From contig JAXMOL010000010.1 of the NCBI GenBank assembly GCA_034669905.1, positions 64,001 to 128,000 on the forward strand: a stretch of DNA of 64,000 nucleotides, in the 5' to 3' direction. Numbering within the stretch: position 1 is the first letter of the stretch; every line of letters starts with the position of its first letter. This stretch comes from Candidatus Hydrogenedentota bacterium (GTDB lineage Bacteria; Hydrogenedentota; Hydrogenedentia; Hydrogenedentales; JAEUWI01). Below, piece by piece: positions 59,435 to 64,000 of this stretch. Below the pieces are notes generated by a model. The model ran no database searches. It worked only from the letters and a program-made list of their open reading frames with translations, and was not told the DNA's origin. A program made the position numbers and the translations under genes.

Positions 59435-59463
59435 TTGCTAAATTTTCCGATTACGGGTACTAT
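59435..59463 (+). promoter_or_regulatory. Sigma70-type promoter
   Basis: TTGCTA-N17-TACTAT in an AT-rich intergenic region. Confidence 0.55.
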
Positions 59464-59622
59464 TAGGGGCACCGTAGATGGCGTGAGCAGACGACTTCCA
59501 GATTGAAGCGGAAAGGAGGGTCGGAATAGCAATATGCTTCTTCGGGTCCGTCATGTATCACCCATCCTGTTCTGTCTTTATCCCCTACTTACCAGTCGTT
59601 ACAGTCAAGGAATTATAACCAC

Positions 59623-60669
59623 ATGAAACGAAACGGATTTACTCTGATCGAGTTGCTCGTCGTGATTGCGATTATCGGCATTCTCGCCGCGATTCTGCTT
59701 CCCGCACTGGCCCGTGCCCGGGAAGCCGCCCGGCGTGCCAGTTGCCAGAACAATCTCAAACAGCTGGGCCTCACGCTGAAGATGTACGCCAATGAAAGCG
59801 CCGGCGAGAAGTTCCCCCCCCTCGGATACGTGGCCGAACAGGCCGTCGATTGTGCTGCGGGCGGCAACAATGCCACCATCGAAGCCTCTCCCGTTGCCGG
59901 CGAAGCCATGAACACCTACTTCGGACCGTATGTGGGTGCGATTTATCCGGAATACCTGTCGGATGCCAACACCCTGGCATGTCCCTCGGAGACAGATCCC
60001 CCGGCCACCACCAATCCCGATTCCGGTGAGGATGCTATCCACCTGCCGTGTAACCTCAACGACTTCGGTCAGGCCCAGACCGATGAGAGCTATTTCTACA
60101 TTCCCTACCTCATGGATCAGCTCAATACGCAGGATCCGGACAAACTGATTCCGGTGGCTGCGCTTGTACCCTTCGATCCTGATTTCGGGGCCGCCGATCC
60201 GACGGTGCTGGTACCTGAGCAAATCGTGGGCGTCTTGGGCTACGTTTCCATTGGTGTCAGTGGGACGGTCCGTGACAATGCCGTGGCCGCCGACGCCGGC
60301 GGTGGCACAGCCGGCTATGACGCCGTCTGGAACGCCCTCACCTCCGCAATCGATGTAGCCGCCATTGGCGGTGCCCTGGGTGCCGATTTCGCAGGCTCCG
60401 GCAGCGGCGAGGGTGACGACGTTCTTTTCCTCCGCGAAGGGATCGAGCGCTTCACCATCACCGACATTAACAACCCGGCGGCGGGTGCCCAGGCCCAGTC
60501 CACCATGCCCGTCATGGCGGATCTGGTTGCCACGAAGGTGGAAGCCTATAACCACCTTCCCGGCGGCGCCAACATCCTGTACATGGATGGACACGTGGAG
60601 TTTGTGAAATACCCGGGTAAAGACTACGTGACCGAAGGTTTTGCCTGGCTCATTGGTCTCATCGCCTGA
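59623..60669 (+). CDS. Prepilin-type N-terminal cleavage / DUF1559 / H-X9-DG protein
   Basis: [46 protein letters not shown]. Confidence 0.92.
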   Translation: MKRNGFTLIELLVVIAIIGILAAILLPALARAREAARRASCQNNLKQLGLTLKMYANESAGEKFPPLGYVAEQAVDCAAGGNNATIEASPVAGEAMNTYFGPYVGAIYPEYLSDANTLACPSETDPPATTNPDSGEDAIHLPCNLNDFGQAQTDESYFYIPYLMDQLNTQDPDKLIPVAALVPFDPDFGAADPTVLVPEQIVGVLGYVSIGVSGTVRDNAVAADAGGGTAGYDAVWNALTSAIDVAAIGGALGADFAGSGSGEGDDVLFLREGIERFTITDINNPAAGAQAQSTMPVMADLVATKVEAYNHLPGGANILYMDGHVEFVKYPGKDYVTEGFAWLIGLIA

Positions 60670-60689
60670 TTTTACCTCCTTCTTTTTCC

Positions 60690-60717
60690 ATGCCCCCGGC
60701 CCCGTCGCCGGGGGCAT
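60690..60717 (+). terminator. Hairpin after the DUF1559 gene
   Basis: ATGCCCCCGGC-N6-GCCGGGGGCAT, 11-bp stem, weak U-tract. Confidence 0.55.
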
Positions 60718-60775
60718 TGCTGTATCCAGCCCCCCCATTTTGGAACGGCTCCGTCGCAGGAATGGGGCTTATTTA

Positions 60776-60804
60776 TTGACTCGTCTGCGTACATTGACTA
60801 TACT
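60776..60804 (+). promoter_or_regulatory. Near-consensus sigma70 promoter of the PEP-CTERM gene
   Basis: TTGACT-N17-TATACT. Confidence 0.7.
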
Positions 60805-60892
60805 AAGAGTCTTGGTGGCTGCAGATCATGGGTGTGTGCGAAGGGCATTTCTTGCCTACATGCCCCTATTAACCGCATGGGCGAGGAATATC

Positions 60893-61486
60893 ATGTTGAA
60901 AAAATTACTCTTTGGTGGCGCATTCGCGCTCCTGTTGTCTTTCACGGCGCAGGCGACTCTCATCGGTGATGATATCGATGGAACCAGTTCCGGCATTGTA
61001 GGCTTTGACGATACGGATGTCATCGTATCGGCGACGTCCGTAGAGTTCGATGGCAGCGTCACAGGAACTAGTTCGTTCCTATTCGATGCGTATTTTGACT
61101 TTTTCGCACCGGCAACGACGGACGTGCTCTCGATCTATATCGAAGCAGCCAGTGCCAGTGCAGCCACGGATACGCTGAATTTTTCGGTGACCTTTTCGGA
61201 TTTGAATTGGGTGGGCGAACCCACGCGGATTCTGGCAGGGCTCAATCTGACCTTGGACGACCCCGGTGCGTTGGCCGGTGCGGGTCTTTCCGCCACCTTT
61301 AGCGATCATTCCTTTACGCTGATGTTCACGGACTTCTACGTGGACGAGTTTCGCGAATTGGAAATTGAACTCGAGACGGAACTCGACACGTCGGTTTCCA
61401 CGCCCGATCCCGTTCCGGAGCCGGCAACCGTCGCCCTCCTCAGCATGGGCCTCTTCGGCATGGCACTCCGCAAAAAGCGGGCATAA
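60893..61486 (+). CDS. PEP-CTERM exosortase substrate
   Basis: GAGGA RBS, signal peptide ending AQA, C-terminal VPEPATVALLSMGLFGMALRKKRA. Confidence 0.92.
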   Translation: MLKKLLFGGAFALLLSFTAQATLIGDDIDGTSSGIVGFDDTDVIVSATSVEFDGSVTGTSSFLFDAYFDFFAPATTDVLSIYIEAASASAATDTLNFSVTFSDLNWVGEPTRILAGLNLTLDDPGALAGAGLSATFSDHSFTLMFTDFYVDEFRELEIELETELDTSVSTPDPVPEPATVALLSMGLFGMALRKKRA

Positions 61487-61510
61487 TCGCCTCACTGGAC
61501 TGTGTATTTC

Positions 61511-61539
61511 AGACCCTCCTTCGGGAGGGTCTTTTTTTT
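61511..61539 (+). terminator. Rho-independent terminator
   Basis: AGACCCTCC-TTCG-GGAGGGTCT followed by a T run. Confidence 0.9.
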
Positions 61540-61709
61540 GACCCCGCCCGTGCTGGACAGAACCCACCACAATGTTTTACCCTTCCTGATGATGGTATCG
61601 GCGTGCCTTCTCCGTCGGGCGGAAGGGCCCCGTCTACCATGCGCACACCTGTCGGTTATGGCCATCCGGCCACCGGACTGACCCAATGATGAATTACCTG
61701 GAGGAACCC

Positions 61710-64000
61710 ATGAACCCAAACGTTAATCCCATCGGCCGTGCGCTTTGCGCCACCGCCCTGCTCCTGGCAGGAGCCCTGCTCCCTGTCGGTACCGTGTCGG
61801 CCGAAGAAGAATTCACCCCCCTCTTCAACGGAAAAGACCTTTCCGGTTGGACCGGGCAACCCGGCATCTGGCGCGTCGAAGAGGGCGAGATTATCGGCTC
61901 AAGCCACGGCGTCAAGCTGGAGCACAACACCTTCCTTTCCACGGAAAAGTCCTACAGCGACTTCGTTTTGCGTGCCAAGGTAAAGCTCATCAACCACAAC
62001 AGTGGCATCCAGTTCCGCAGCGACCAGCTCGAAGACTTCGCCGTGGCGGGCTACCAGGCCGACGTGGCTGAAAAGACCTACTTCGGCATGCTCTATGAAG
62101 AAAAGAAACGGGGTATTCTTCCCTACTGGAACGAATACACCGAAGACGAACGGGCCGCTGTGTTTGCCGCCGCCAACCTGGACGGGTGGAACGAATACGA
62201 AATCACCTGCGAAGGCGATCACGTAAAAATCGTGCTCAATGGCTACACCACCCTGGATTTTAAAGACCCCGAAGGCGCGAAGGCGGGCATCATCGCCCTC
62301 CAGATTCACACGGGTCCCGAGATGGAGGTCCGCTTTAAGGACATCGCCATCAAGGAACTGAATAAAAAAAAAACGGCCGTTAAAGACGGAGAATTAATGC
62401 CCGACTTCGAGGCCCGGGAGGCAAAAATGGCTTTCCTGGGGGAGCGCTTTCGGCTTCCCGACGGATTCTCCGTTGAGGAAGTCGCCAGTAATGCGCTTAT
62501 CGGCTCCGTAATCAATATGACCTTTGACCATCTTGGGCGCCCTGTCATGGGCGCCCAGGATGAAGGGGTCCGCATCTTGCTCGATGAAGATGGCGACGGC
62601 ATCTACGACGCCCAGAAGAGCTTCAGCGAACAGGTCACGCGGATCATGGCCCTCCACTACCTGGCCCCCGGCGACTTGCTGGTGCAGGGTAATGGCGCAG
62701 AAGGCCCGGGCCTCTACCGCCTTACCGATGAAAACGGGGATGACGAGGCCGATCAGGTCAAACTCCTCATGAAGTCCGACGGCGGCATGGGTGAGCATGG
62801 TCCCCACGCCGTACTCCGGGGCCCCGACGGCTACCTCTATATTCAATATGGGAACCACGCCCACCCTATCGTGGATGAACACCCCCTTTCCCCCAGTCGC
62901 AACCTGCAGGAAGACTTTTTCCTGGAGCGCTATGTCGACCCCCGGGGGCACGCTAACAACATTATGGCCCCGGGCGGCACTATCCTCCGTGTCGATCCCG
63001 AGTTCCAGGAATGGCACCAGTTGGCTGCCGGATTCCGCAATGCCTATGACATGAGTATGGACGCCACCGGCGAACTCTTTACCTTCGACTCCGATATGGA
63101 GTGGGACTATGGCCTCCCGTGGTACCGCCCCATTCGCGTCATCCATGCCGTCCCCGGCGGCGACTATGGCTGGCGTACCGGTTCCTCCAAAATGCCCGAC
63201 TACTATCTCGACACCCTGCCCGGCGTGGATGATGTGGGCCGGGGCTCTCCCGTGGGCGTCGCCTTTTACGAACACAATGCCTTCCCCGACTCCTACAAGG
63301 GAGCCTTCTTCATGGGAGACTGGTCCCGTGGGCGTATCCGCGTCATCTTCCCCAAGGCCGAAGGAGCCACCTTCGCCGGCGATACGGTCGACTTCCTCGT
63401 TGGCGAACCCCTCAACGTGACCGACCTCGACGTCGGTCCCGATGGCGCCCTCTATTTCACCCTGGGTGGACGGGGCACCCACGGCGGGCTCTTCCGCGTC
63501 ACCTACGACGACCAGGCCGCCACACCAACCGTCCCAACCACAATCGAGGACGTTTTGACCCAGCCCATGCCCCGTTCGGCGTGGGGCCGTCATGCCATTG
63601 CCCAGGCCAAAGAAGCCCTCGGGGCAGGATGGGCGACGGGACTGCAGGCCGCGGTGGCCAATCCAGAAATCCCCGGCATGCAACGGATTCGTGCGTTGGA
63701 GTCCCTTCAGGTTTACGGCCCCAAGCCCGACGCCCCCTTGCTCAGCACGCTGGCCCGGGACCCCGATGCCCTCGTCCGGGGTGCTGCGGTGTTTCTTATG
63801 GGCACGGACCAGCTGGAACGCTACCGCGAACCCCTCATTAATGCCTTGTACGACAAGGACCCCACGGTGGCCCGTCGTGCCTGCGAAGCACTCGTTCGTG
63901 CCGGGCTGAATGAATCCACCCGCGTAGAATCCCACGAGGGACTCATCTCGGGCCTCTACCTCCTCCTCGATCACCCGGACCGTCACCTGCGCTACGCCGC
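61710..64000 (+). CDS. Secreted DUF1080 + PVC-type dehydrogenase-like propeller + HEAT-repeat protein (runs off the window; absent from the ORF track)
   Basis: GGAGG RBS; LFNGKDLSGW, NSGIQFRS, GYQAD, LQIH; FRLPDGFSVE, EHGPH, GFRNAYD, DSDMEWD; HEAT-like DPDALVR. Confidence 0.85.
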   Translation, partial: MNPNVNPIGRALCATALLLAGALLPVGTVSAEEEFTPLFNGKDLSGWTGQPGIWRVEEGEIIGSSHGVKLEHNTFLSTEKSYSDFVLRAKVKLINHNSGIQFRSDQLEDFAVAGYQADVAEKTYFGMLYEEKKRGILPYWNEYTEDERAAVFAAANLDGWNEYEITCEGDHVKIVLNGYTTLDFKDPEGAKAGIIALQIHTGPEMEVRFKDIAIKELNKKKTAVKDGELMPDFEAREAKMAFLGERFRLPDGFSVEEVASNALIGSVINMTFDHLGRPVMGAQDEGVRILLDEDGDGIYDAQKSFSEQVTRIMALHYLAPGDLLVQGNGAEGPGLYRLTDENGDDEADQVKLLMKSDGGMGEHGPHAVLRGPDGYLYIQYGNHAHPIVDEHPLSPSRNLQEDFFLERYVDPRGHANNIMAPGGTILRVDPEFQEWHQLAAGFRNAYDMSMDATGELFTFDSDMEWDYGLPWYRPIRVIHAVPGGDYGWRTGSSKMPDYYLDTLPGVDDVGRGSPVGVAFYEHNAFPDSYKGAFFMGDWSRGRIRVIFPKAEGATFAGDTVDFLVGEPLNVTDLDVGPDGALYFTLGGRGTHGGLFRVTYDDQAATPTVPTTIEDVLTQPMPRSAWGRHAIAQAKEALGAGWATGLQAAVANPEIPGMQRIRALESLQVYGPKPDAPLLSTLARDPDALVRGAAVFLMGTDQLERYREPLINALYDKDPTVARRACEALVRAGLNESTRVESHEGLISGLYLLLDHPDRHLRYA

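Noticed and set aside
62394..63986. 530-aa minus-strand ORF
   Set aside because: Antisense to the plus-strand gene starting at 61710, which the track omits because its stop lies outside the window.

Overview
GC-rich bacterial chromosomal window. The DUF1559/H-X9-DG pseudopilin, PEP-CTERM and DUF1080-propeller-HEAT genes suggest a PVC-like or Candidatus Hydrogenedentes-like organism; this is inference. In order it holds: the end of an FdhF/YdeP molybdopterin oxidoreductase; two SGNH hydrolases; a molybdenum-cofactor cluster (moaA, moaC, moaD, moaE-moeB-rhodanese fusion, mobA, moeA, MOSC-mogA) interrupted by an RRM gene with a long structured leader; an NsrR-controlled truncated haemoglobin plus reductase; signalling genes (PilZ, FapA-like, kinase-FGE, hybrid histidine kinase); serC; comEC; an Hda/DnaA-like ATPase fused to a coiled coil; addAB; XPB; an extended nfeD-floA operon; and secreted proteins. 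I found no rRNA, tRNA, CRISPR array, transposase or prophage gene. The most unusual signals are non-coding or very small: the RRM leader RNA candidate, an inverted REP-like pair read in frame inside the moaE-moeB linker, 9-bp-period intergenic arrays, two REP-like clusters, and three short ORFs not listed as such in the ORF track. All family calls come from reading motifs by eye, not from database searches.
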